Below are positions 9,596 through 42,025 of a stretch of 64,000 nt of DNA, in pieces. Made by a program: the position numbers and the translations under genes. The notes beneath the pieces are model-generated. The model did no database searches and was not told the origin of the DNA. It saw nothing but the letters and a program-made list of their open reading frames with translations. The DNA is from Macrostomum lignano (Eukaryota). Where the stretch lies: assembly GCA_002269645.1 (NCBI GenBank), contig NIVC01003079.1, positions 1-64,000 of the forward strand, given 5' to 3'. The first letter of the stretch is position 1; the number at the start of each line of letters is the position of its first letter.

Positions 9596-12081
9596 CCTCC
9601 AGCCTTCACGTGCAGTTGCTATATCTAGTAGCCCAATGTCAGTAATTTCCTTCTCATTTGTTGGTTCATCTGTCCCTCATCGCATCTTATTTAGGAAGTC
9701 CCCCATTCTCAAGCATTCTCCATGCTAACCACTTCGAATATTGCAAGGCCAAGACTCAGCCAGTCCCCCCACTGGCCATTAAAAAGCGTCACAGGAGAGG
9801 ACAGTGCCTTGAACTGACCGCCTGTCCTTCAATATCAAGCTCGGCGGGTGCTTCCGAGTTCTGGGGACCGACCCCCTGCCTGTCTGTCTCTCTCTCCAGA
9901 TAATTCCCTTGGGCTGGCGAAAGTTCCCTAATGGTACTTCACGTTCAATCTCTCAGCCCTCCTCATGCGCTCAACGGCGGGCATGTAAGGATCTTCAAAT
10001 CTTTCTACTATCCACTACATGTACAGCTGAAATTCATTCTTATGCATTGCGCGCAATTTTGTGTTTTAACCTCACCATCGCCTCACCGTGCCAGCTGACA
10101 AAAGTTCTTTCCTAATCTTGGATCCCTAAATTGAACCGCAGCCCCCCCCCTCATCGGCGCACTTGTCTCTTTTGAAACGGGCGGCTTTGGTGCGGTCGGA
10201 AACTGAAAGGTAAAAGCAGCAGACATGAAAAGCAGAAGAAAGAGAGAGAGAGAGGCCGGCGTGGGCAAGTGGCTACAGAGCGCCTCCTGCGTCTCTCCCA
10301 TCTTGAGTTACTTTTAAAATTTCTTCTGTTTTCTTTTCAACTTTCTCCGCCTTGACTGGCTGGGCAGAGAGGGAGAGACGGCAGCACCTGACTTTGAACC
10401 GATCCGGGGCAAGCGCTTGGGGACACTAGGGAGGGGAGGAGAGATGTCGGAGCCTGAGGAGACAGCCAGGCAGGCAGGCAGGCAGAAAAGAGGATCCCAT
10501 CGCGTGGCCGAGGGTAGTGAGGAAAAATTTATTTCAGAATTCCTTTTTTGTATCGCAGTTGTCCTGTATCTATCTTCCCGGATCTGTCTGCCCCTTCCCA
10601 TGGACTGTCTCGCCCAATCGGCGATCGTCTTCCCCACTGCCGAGTAGTCCACAGCGAAGACAGCAAGAAAAGAGAAGAATTCGAGCCTCGAGCCCAGCAC
10701 CTGGACTATTGCAGAGCGTTTCCAGAGCGATACACAGAGAGAGGAATCCGGTTCGGTCCGCTGATTTCACCTATCTGAGCCGATCCGCGTCACCCAAGCA
10801 GCATAGTAGGACACAACAATTTATTACCTATCAATCTCCCCGCTTTAACATGCCCTCTGTAGCCGCGTCAGTCACCACTGTTTACTGCTGCATCGGCCAG
10901 GAGTGCATTGCGCTGTGTTTGCACTGCATCGGCACTCAGCAGCTCCAATTATCCCCTGCGCCATCCAACTGTTTCTCCAATAGAGCTCCAGAAATGAGTC
11001 AATTCCCAGCGCCTAACCCCTCCCCCCTGAGCAGCCTGAGTGGCCAGTCAGTCAGGTGAATGGGGCAAAACGCAAAAATAAATCGCAAACCGGGCTACCC
11101 CCCCCCCCAGAGCGCGCGCAAAGGCCGGAACACAGGAAAGAAGGACAAGAGGAGTTTTCCTCTCATATTCTCCCTGTCTGACTGACTGCAGATCCCCGAT
11201 CCCTGAGGGCCGGCGATCGTCATCAGACCAGCGGCCAGCGGATGCTGGGGGGGGGGGGGGCGCACCTCTATCTTTTCCCCTAATCTCTCTCCCTCTACCC
11301 ATAGACCTCTCCGGAGCTGCAATCGGTCGGTGATAAATTTTTCATCTTAATCATCATCGCCATCCTCATCATCCAGCTTCTCTCTCCCCAGCCCGCAGTA
11401 TCCAGTCCCAACCATCCCGTGACACTTGACTTATTGCCAAACGGAAGGCAGCGGCTCATTATCTGCTATTGTCACTGGGCGGTTCAGCATCAGCTGCTGG
11501 GGGGGCATCATAAAAAAGCAAGAAAAATAATAAAAAACACACCCGGATACAAAACCTCTTCGGGCATAAACTGGCATGCCCCAAAGCGGCCGCGCCCGGG
11601 GGTTGAGGCTGAACAAAATTTAAATTAAAACTGAGAAATTCAATACGACTCAAATAGAGGCCAACTGTCGCAAGCGAGTCTGAGGGCGATGAGCTTGAGG
11701 GGGGGTGCGGCTTCTGATTGGTTGGCTAAGCAAATTGCCAATGCCAGATATCTGATAGTTGGCACCCGAAGTTGACTGCGCGGGCTGCTGATCAAGGTCT
11801 GAGAGGTGCCACAGCGGCAGGCCCCTTTCTCTCCCGGCCCAATCTGCTCCAGTTCTCTCCCTGATCGGCCACCCCATCAGGAAAGCCCGGCCAGCCCCCC
11901 CCCCCCCCAGTAAAAGAGGCGCGGCCCCGCACACACACAAAGCCTGGGAGCGGCTTCTTCTCTCAATCGTTCATTTCAAATCCCGCATGCGGACATCTGC
12001 AAATCCCAGAGGCCCCACGGCACAGCTCGGAGACAGCATCGCCCTATAGTGTCGCCCTCACTCGCCCCCACACTGCCGGCC

Positions 12082-32831
<20,750 letters not shown>

Positions 32832-33456
32832 AATACAACGCTATTATACGGCTGGTTTTAAACATCTAACAGACAAACAAGTTCGCGCCCGCAACAGTGC
32901 CACAATAGCAGTCTAAATGGCTGTTTCCCTGCTACTGTACCTCTGAAATATTAGATTGGACTTTATTTGTCTTGTTCAAGTGAATGCACAATGACAATTA
33001 TCCCCTAACAAAGTTCGTCCACTATATAAGCTGCATATTTGAGAATACTTAGGTATTTGTACACACGCGCGTCAAGCCAGAGAAGACAAACATTGGCCGC
33101 ATTTACCGCATGCCAGTGTACGCTCGCAACTGTAGTGTTATTTCCCGCTTTATACCAACAAGTACAATTGCCACAGTGTTATTGCAAAAGCCATGTTATT
33201 CAGCTGCTATCCCAACGATGACAATAAACCCACCAGACTGTCGGATTTCATTTCGAGAAGAAAAAACTAACACGAGTTAAAGACTAGATAAGCCAACGAA
33301 AATTCCATCAGACACAATTGGTGGCTAATTGTCTTAAACCGAAGTTCACTCTATACCGAATAACCAAGTTTATTCCACCAAAACGCTAGCACTACAAACA
33401 CAGAATAGTTTTGTCTTAGCTTTAGTCTTTCAAAACGGTCACACAGCGTCAGCAGC

Positions 33457-34664
33457 TTAGCCCAGCTGCAGCTGCAGCTCCCGCTGGCTGGCCTTCTCAA
33501 TCTTGTGAGCCCGAGCTTGGCTCTTAGCCCCCATGATGCCGCCGCCCCAGTGCTTGCGGAGCTCGTCGCCGCGGCTATTGAAATTGTTGCGGCAGGTCTC
33601 GACCACTTTGGACAGGGCCGACCTGTCCTCTGGGTTGACACCGGCCACGGCCATCACGGCGCAGGTCTTCATGCCGACGACGGCGCCAAGGCGAGCCTTG
33701 CCCTGCAGTGTCCGGGGCAGGGAAACGATTATTAGGCATGATGAATGAATAGTATGGCAAAAACAGAAAACTTGTTGGATCTAATTGCTACAGAATGTAC
33801 ATGTACATGTAAGCGAAGAGGTCAGAAGCAGAGGTGACAGGAAGCAAAGGTCTGAAGGGCTCAGATGTGTCTAAATTGAATATCCGCTGTCTAAAACGAT
33901 TATCTGATGTCTAAATTAAAGTTTGCCTTGTCTAATTTGAAAGTCCGACTGAAAGTATAGAAATAGATTGTCGAAAATGATGTCGAGTTGCCTAAATTGT
34001 ACTGCAGATTAGTTGAAACGGAACGGAAAAAGGTGCAAAACTTCTAGGTTTTTTTTCAAAATGTATGCGACACTGCAAAGTCAGGGTAGTAAGGATTTAC
34101 CTTGACAATCGCATACGGCACGTCCATCTTTCGGCAGAGAGCTGGCAGGTACAGCACAATCTCGATGGGATCAACATCGTGCGCAATGACCACCATCTGA
34201 GCCTTCTTGCGCTTAATCAGCGAGGTAACGTTGTTAATACCAAAGCGGATGGTGTTGGGACGTTTGGTTGGCTCGTCAGCCTGGCCGGCGGCCCGCTGCT
34301 CGGCGCGCTGCCTCAGCCGCTCTTTCTTCTGGAGCTTAGTCTCGGGCTTGTATTTCTCCAAGATGCGGAACACCTGGGCGGCAGCCGGCTTGTCCAGTGC
34401 GGTGCTGAACTGGTTGATGGCCGGCGGCACCTTCAGGCGCTTCATGAGCACGCTGCGCTGCCGCTGGACTCGGATGTAGCGGGGCCACATGCAGAAGCGG
34501 CCGAGATCGCGCTTCGGCTGAATGTCCTGGCCAATGGCGAAATTCTTAGGCCGGCTTTGAATCAAAGGGTTTGAGACTTTCTTCTCGACGGCCTTCTTAA
34601 CGATGGCGGGCGCGGCCGCCACCTTCTTCTTTCCCTTCGCTGCCTTTGCCTTGTTATTCGGCAT
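33457..34664 (-). CDS. RPL7A: 60S ribosomal protein L7a (eL8), 269 aa, 2 coding exons
   Basis: Exons 34664-34101 and 33702-33457 (phase 0, GT-AG). Diagnostic sequences [62 protein letters not shown] and [14 protein letters not shown] on the minus strand at 33369-33374. Confidence 0.97.
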
Positions 34665-35850
34665 CTTGCATGCAATTGAAAAAAGAAACAGAATGATATA
34701 TTATCGACAAATGAAATAGAATGGCATTTTCATTTATGCACGACATAAAAAGTTGCTCATTGAGAAATTTATTAAGTTTTGAGAATAGTATAGCAAAGAA
34801 AAAAATAAAGTTCAAATAAAAGTTGACCATTAAGCAATGCTGCAGTTTCCTATGTTAATTTACATGAAAGCATATACTTCAAGATTAGAAAGTAGCAATT
34901 TCTAATAGATTTGGTTGAAAATTTCTTCTAATTGAGACTGTGGAATATAAAAAAAATTCTATGCATTTTTGGAAGTAATTAACATATGCAAGTTGCTATA
35001 ATAGTATAATATATCTTGCTGAATATTAACTTCATAGAATATACAATGAAATTGCTAAAAATAGATAGGGGAACAAATTTTTATTAAAACTTGACAAAAA
35101 CTTTAAGCTTGGTTACTTTTGAAATAGTGGAAACAAAAATTTAATTTTTTAATCTCAAGATATGGACCTTCATTTAAGATTATATAGTTGCATGCAGTTA
35201 TATAAAACTTATAATAAAGTTACTAATTGTCTCTCTATATGCATTTAATTATTGGGTGAAAATTTTAAGATTATAAGTTCATTTTGTCAAAATTATAACA
35301 AATTTAAATGACCAACCACTGTTAATAGCCACTTTGTTAACAAAGCAGATTTACAACTACCAACACAACTATCATTACCATCTTTATGGTAATTAACTTT
35401 TGCAACTATTAGTTTAATAATTAACATTTTAACTTTTTATTGCCAATTATGGTTTAATTTTCTAGTAAACTATAAAAACATTTTTTTATTTGTGCACTTA
35501 CTTTGTAAAAAATTAAAATAGGCAAATTACATTACATATAAAAAATTGAAGTAAGTAAATATAATTAATGTCAATGAAGAAAAAAGTAGATTCTATAAAG
35601 TCAAGTCACTAACTCAGAGATTCTAATCTACACAATATTTGGTTGACAAGATGTCTTAGCTTGTATATTCATCTGGCCTGGCACATCAGAAATAAAAAAA
35701 CTATATGTATAGTTTAAAATATGGATTGGCATATATAGTTTTCTTTTCTATATCAATCCAAATCTTGAAGTTAGTTTACAAAATCTTTTTATACATATCA
35801 ATGAATATATTAACATAATCTATAGTACAATTATTTTCTATTACATATTT

Positions 35851-36921
35851 TAGGGGTTGGCAACTTTTTTCCATTTGAGGGCCATATCAGGTTTTTAGTT
35901 CAAGACCACAGGCCACTGGTTACCCCTAATTACTTTCCTTTCCCCCTGGGTCTTTCTTTACCCTCCAGAATCTGCCCCCCCTTGGGTCTTTACCCTCTAG
36001 AATCCTCCTTTTGGGTCTTTTACCCTCTAGAATCTGCCTCTTGACCTGGGTGTTTATCCTCCAGAATGTGCTCCCTAGGTCTTTACCCTCCAGTATCTAC
36101 CCTCCTGAGTCTTTACCTTCTAGAATCCTCCTCTTGGATCTTTACTTTCCAGTATCTGCCCCCTTAGATCTTTACCCTTTAATATCTGCCCCCTAGGTTT
36201 TTACCTTCCAGAATCCTTCCCTTGGGTCTTTACTCTCCATAATCTGCCCCCCCCCCTTGGGTCTTTATTTTCCAAAATCTACCTCCCTTGGTTCTTTACC
36301 ATCCAATATCTGCCCCCTAGGTCTTTACCTTTCAGTATCTACCTCCCTCTTCTTGGGTTTTTATTCTCCAGAATCTGCCTCCCTAGGTTCTTTACCTTCC
36401 AATATCTACCCCATGGGTCTTACTCTCTAGAATTTGCCCCCTCCTTGAGTCTTTACTGTCCAAAATCTACCCTTGGGTCTTTACCTTCCAGAATCCACTT
36501 CCCCTCTTTATCCTCTAATTATTTAATTATTATTTACTAATTATTTACCCTCTAGAATCTGCCCCTGCATCTTTACTATATTACTATATTTATATTTTTT
36601 TCTACTATCCCACTTTCTTTTGCCCTCAGTTCTTATATTTATATTCTATTCAAAAGTTTGAACTGATATGCTATCTATTTAGAGCTTGTAAATAACCACT
36701 TATACAATCAATTCATATCTTATTATTAATTTGTTATTAAAGTTGGCAATTAAGGAAAGAAGTACCCCATTTTAGTGCACAAAACTTTGTAAGGAAAACA
36801 ATAAAGTTACAATTAAGGTGCAAGCTGGATTATAATAATTAAGATTAAGAAAGTTCACAGGCTACATAGAAAGTCTTTGCAGGCCAGATCTGGCCTATGG
36901 ACTAGAGGTTGCCAACCTTTG
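35851..36921. mobile_element. hAT-like MITE with internal degenerate ~30-bp array
   Basis: Termini TAGGGGTTGGCAAC / GTTGCCAACCTTTG. Flanks ACATATTT / ATATATTT (7/8 match to an 8-bp TSD). Internal repeats CTTTACCCTCCAGAATCTGCCCC at ~35925-36570. Confidence 0.65.
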
Positions 36922-37367
36922 ATATATTTCTACTTGTTTACGAAAGTGGCTATTACCAAATTGGTCATCATTTATTACTAAAATGGCTTTTATTGAAGTG
37001 GACTATTATTAATAAAATTATTGTGAAAAAAGACATTAAAAGAAATTAATTGCAAACTTGTATATATAAAAAGGCAAAAAATTCATGTATTAGCAAAGCT
37101 TGCATCTCAGAGACAATCCTATTGAGCTTTATTTCACCTTTTAATTTAATGTTTAATTTTTGTAAATAAAATTACAATGAAAAAATCATGGTGCATATTT
37201 TAAACTATTATTATATACTTTTAATTTAATATATTGCTGTGCTGAGTAACAAATGTATATATTTTTATTATAAAATGCTTTTTAAATAAAAGTAAATATA
37301 TAGGCCCCTATTGTTTTTTGTACTCAAATTAGAAGTCTTCTAGCTAAATGTTAATAGGCCTAATATA

Positions 37368-38115
37368 ACGAGTATAACTTTGGCCGTCAACTTTTCTGTC
37401 AACTTTTCCGTCAAGTATTCTGTCAATTTTTCCGTCAAATATTCCGTCAAGTATTCTGTCAAATTTTCCGTCAACAATTTATTGTTCTGAAAAAACATAT
37501 GTGACTTTCTCAAATAGGATCATCATGCGAGTAGCTCTTTGATCATTTATTGTGTTTGCATGCTTATATATATCGATGAAAAAACAAGCCTGCGTTAGTA
37601 ACAATGTACATCTTTTCCATTTTCCCTAGTACCAGCGCTTTATTTCACAAAGATAAATCAATGAACAAGTGCAGATGTTGTAGTGCAAGTAGTGCAGCAA
37701 TACCAATTAAATTCTGGAACATGTCACACTGGAAATTTTTGCGTGTGTTTTTTATTTCTAATTTATACATGTACATTGTGTATATACTCAACAAATTTAA
37801 AGCATGTATTAAAAATTGCTAAGGAAACTGCACTTATGCAAAAAATTAACACTTTCCATTCAGAGTACACAAAAAATTTGATAGAATATATTTTATGGAC
37901 TTGCATAAATGTTGATGAATTAGTTAATGGAAAAGTGATAAGATATTTGGCAGAAAAGTTAACGGAAAAGTTGACGGAAAAGTTGACGGAATAGTTAATG
38001 GAAAAAGTTATTTATCCTACTAACATGAAAAGTTGACGGAATAGTTGACGGAATAGTTAACGGAAAAGTTAACGGAAAACTTGACGGAAAAGTTGACGGC
38101 CAAAGTTATACTCGT
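37368..38115. mobile_element. MITE with 29-bp TIRs and subterminal ~12-bp repeats
   Basis: ACGAGTATAACTTTGGCCGTCAACTTTTC and its exact reverse complement ending at 38115. Tandem TTTTCCGTCAA / TTGACGGAAAA subterminal repeats. TAATAT(A) on both flanks. Confidence 0.88.
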
Positions 38116-39029
38116 CTAATATAATATAAATAGGCCTCCCTACCTAAATTGAATATAAGCACTAATTATTCATTGACAAGTTTAATTGAAATAGTGGTAT
38201 AAAAAGGAGCAGGGGGTAAGGTAGTTGCCTCCTTTTTGACCTAAGGTTTAGGCAGAGACAAAAATTTAAAGGTAAGATAATGGGACCAAATGAATTTTTG
38301 CCAAAATACAAAACCACCCTCTATACCCCCCTTGCATCTTTACCCTCCAAAATCTGCCCCTTGGGTCTTTACCCTCTAGAATTCACCCCCTCAACAACTG
38401 CTACAACAGCTTTAATTCAACTACTGAATTAAAATGAAATAAACATTTTGATAGAACATACAAAAACATTAAGGGGTTTGGAAACTTAAAAACTGCGAAA
38501 TTAACACTGAATAAATAAACGCAGCAGTTCTGCAGCTAAAGCGCTATGAATTCCAATTAAAATAAAAGTATAGTTAAAGGATGAGTGAGCTGTAGTCTGC
38601 AAAGCGCATGGTATATTTATAGTGAACACGTGAAGAGACACTAGCAAAAAACTACAAAGCAATTTAATAAACATACATCTATCATTTATGCAAACAAAAA
38701 AATGATATTCTAAGGTCCTTAAGTCAAGCATGAGCTATAACTATGGCCTAGGTCTACATACAACCGAGTTCTGATCAGATAACATCGATCAGTGAGCAGA
38801 ATGTCGGAATTGTTTATGCAGCGTAAAATGTATTAAAAAAAGTTTAAAATTATTACAGCTTAACAAAGTTATGTACATATTTTTTATCGCACAAAACAAA
38901 AATTATTTAAAAAATCTTTTTGTTTAAAAATCATATTTCTATAATAATATTAACCAGAATAACTAAAATATAATGTTCATGGTAACTTCGCCACCTGCGT
39001 TTTAATACATACACACTGCACCTGCATTT

Positions 39030-39770
39030 CTAACTCCAATGCCACTTGAATCTTTTGCGGCATCTCGTTTGCGGGCAGCAAAACTCGACTCGGATGATGT
39101 AGCCTGCCAGCTGAAGTCGCTGACGGCGCAACAGTTCGCTGAGACGGGATCGACAGGCCGGTGCGCCGATATATACATTGCTGCTGAGTGCCGCATTGGT
39201 GACACACTGGTAGCCGATCTTGAGTGTGACGCGCATGCAGCAGGCCAGCGTGTGTCGCATCGACCTGCTGTTCGAAAGACTCTGTCAAGTTCCAGGTCTC
39301 GGCGTTGTACAATGAAAGATCTCGATCTCTGCGAAACGGCGGGGCGCCCTCTCTGCGGTCAGGCAATTGCAAAGGGCCTCGAACTGGCAGGACAGCCCTC
39401 GCAGCACAACGGAAGACAGCTCAGGCAAGTACGCGGCGACTTCGCAGATCCTCGTGAACGTCAGGCTCCAGAAAAAGGAGGAAGTGCAGACAGTGTGGAA
39501 GCAATTCGTCACCATCACCGCCTCGGCAGTTGTATGCAGTCTCGATGTCGTCTGGCCCACAGAGCACGACGGTTTTCTTTGTGTTGACCATCAGGCCGAC
39601 ACTCACCGTACCACAACGCTCACCAGCCGGTCCAGCTGGGAGCTGGGCGCCTCCGACGGTCGTGAGGACAGCAGATAGGTACGAGATCGTCGGCGTAGCA
39701 AGCACGCTGATGAGCTGCCTATCTGGTTGGCATCAAACCCATGCATGCGTCGCTGCAGCAGGAAGCAGTC
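39030..39770 (-). mobile_element. 5'-truncated, frameshifted non-LTR retrotransposon (RTE-like) RT C-terminal fragment
   Basis: YADD motif (rc of 39686-39697), followed by GLMVNTKKTVVL, LYNAETWNLTESFEQQVDAT and RRQRLQLAGYIIR in shifting frames. Confidence 0.85.
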
Positions 39771-39799
39771 GTTGTTGAAGAAAGAGAGGTCTGCAGCAC

Positions 39800-40000
39800 T
39801 CAGTCAAGCACCAGGGCAAGCGTACTCCCTGAGGGGGGTCGCCATACACACCCTCTGCAATTACCCGAGCTATAATTCTGGCACCCATTTTCAGCTAGTT
39901 GAACTGAGGCAATGCAGATCGAGTTAATTGTGTCTTGTTCAAGAGCGCAAATTGTTCCGACATGAGTCGAGAAGCGTCGTGAGCCTGACGCTCTATCCAC
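39800..40000 (-). mobile_element. Diverged SINE family A copy
   Basis: GGGGGGTCGCCATACACACC...CTGGCACCCATTTT...GAGGCAATGCAG...GTGTCTTGTTCAAG matches the 32375-32668 copy. Confidence 0.7.
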
Positions 40001-40779
40001 TTCCCGTTTGTACATAAAATGTACATGTACATGCATGTCGAAAGTATCAAGCGTAGCGTGTGCTACATGTACACTGTAAATGGCGTCATGCGTACATTAA
40101 GTCATGCTCATTGCGTCATGCCACATGCAACGGCGAAATCCTTCATAAATCTAATTACTGATTAATATGAAGATAGTTGCCATACATCTAAATGTTAAGG
40201 TGGTACATGATCATTTAGATATGATAGATAAGATAGATAAGATAAGATAAGATAGATAAGAGGTTAGATAAGATAATACATGATCATTTAGAGGTCGCAT
40301 TCTGTCGCTGCATATATCAGCTACATGCTGTAGTATGCATATCTATCTACAGTAAATTACATATACACGTATAAGTTTTAAGGACCGCGATATGTACAGT
40401 TACAACGAGGCATGGAAAGTGTAGAGGTGGAGTAAAACTAGATGCTATAATAAGCACTACAAACAGAATGATGGACGTACAGGTATGTCATGTTTACCCA
40501 TGGACACCTGTCTTTTCTGGCTTAGTACCGATCATTAAAGCTTACAAGTATGTGGACTGCATGAATAGCACAAGTAAGTATTCTATATAAACGATGGTTA
40601 TATTTACAAATGATAAGACGAAGGATAACAAATACGTACATATGCTGATCTGAGAGGCAAATATATCCTGTTAGCCATGATCGTTTATAAAACTAGAGTT
40701 TATATATTTACTACATATGCGTGGGTCAGCGACAATTGACTCACCGATAAATTCACTGTCATTTGACTGCCAATCACCA

Positions 40780-41605
40780 AACCTAAACTTAACCTAAACT
40801 CTAACTTAAATCAAACCTAAACCTGACCCGAACTTGACCTAAACCCTAACCTAACCCTAACCTAAACACTAACTTAAACCTAACCTAAACCTGACCTGAA
40901 CATGACCGAAACCTTAACCTAAACCTTAACCTAAACCCTAACCTAAACTCTAACTTAGACCTAACCTAAACCCGACCTGAATTTGACCTAAACCCTAACC
41001 TAAACCCCAGCCTAAACCCTAACCCAAACCCTAACCTAAACCCTAGCCTAAACCCTAACCTAAACCCTAACCCAAATCCTAACCCAAACCCTAGCCTAAA
41101 CCCTAACCCAAACCCTAACCCAAACCCTAACCTAAACCCTAGCCTAAACCCTAACCTAAGCCCTAACTTAAACCCTAGCCTAAAGAAAGGAGATTGCGAG
41201 CATTTTCATTAGAAAGACATGTTTCGCCTAACTTTAGGCATCATCGGGCAGATTGGAATTTATTTAATTTAAGTCAAAACGTAGAGTATAAATACATTTC
41301 AGTGGCAGATAGTCAGTGATCTGCCTGTATTCAGTAGTCAGTGAGAGCCACTGAAATGTATTTATACTCTACGTTTTGACTTAAATTAAATAAATTCCAA
41401 TCTGCCCGATGATGCCTAAAGTTAGGCGAAACATGTCGTTCTAATGAAAATGCTCGCAATCTCCTTTCTTTTACTTCTCATTATCAAGCGTGCTGTTCTA
41501 CCAGTAAACCCTAGCCTAAACCCTAACCTAAACCATAGCATAAACCGTAAGTTAAACCTTAACCTAAACCCTAGCCTAAGCCCTAACCTAAACCCAAACC
41601 TAAAC
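40780..41605. repeat. Interstitial telomere-like array (mostly 12-bp AAACCCTAACCT) interrupted by a palindromic element
   Basis: Repeats at 40780-41180 and 41505-41605. Confidence 0.9.
41182..41471. mobile_element. 290-bp palindromic MITE (125-bp arms, 40-bp spacer)
   Basis: 41182-41306 vs 41347-41471 are reverse complements, 1 mismatch found by eye. Confidence 0.9.
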
Positions 41606-42025
41606 ACCGTCTGCAGTCAAAATTGCGTCAGTCGATAGTTGCGCTTCCTCTACAAGCACCTGAAGCAGAAGAATAGCTAAACTAATGGAATAATATTACA
41701 AAACTTGGACTACTGACTTCATAACATATGTCACTGGAAGGCTAATTTAATGTTTAAGCTACAATGTACAGCGATGTACATAAGCAATGTACATAAAAAC
41801 ATCCTACAGCTTGATACCGAAATAAACTTTAAACTTGTAATATCCAATCGGTAAAAGAGTGCAGGTTTGCCTTCAAAAAGCTGTAAAAAATTTGGCATCC
41901 CTTGAGGCTATTGGCTACAAAAAATTCATAAAAATTGCAAACATTTTTTTTAAAAGAGCCCCAAGTTTTAACAAAAAGATGATATTGCCCTTAGCTAATA
42001 CAATGGCCTTCACCCGTGCCGGATT

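Noticed and set aside
33703-34100. Intronic snoRNA, as hosted by vertebrate RPL7A
   Set aside because: No C box (RUGAUGA) paired with a D box and terminal stem was seen on the sense strand.
40780-41605. True chromosome end or telomere
   Set aside because: The array is short, degenerate, not pure TTAGGG, and flanked by genes on both sides.
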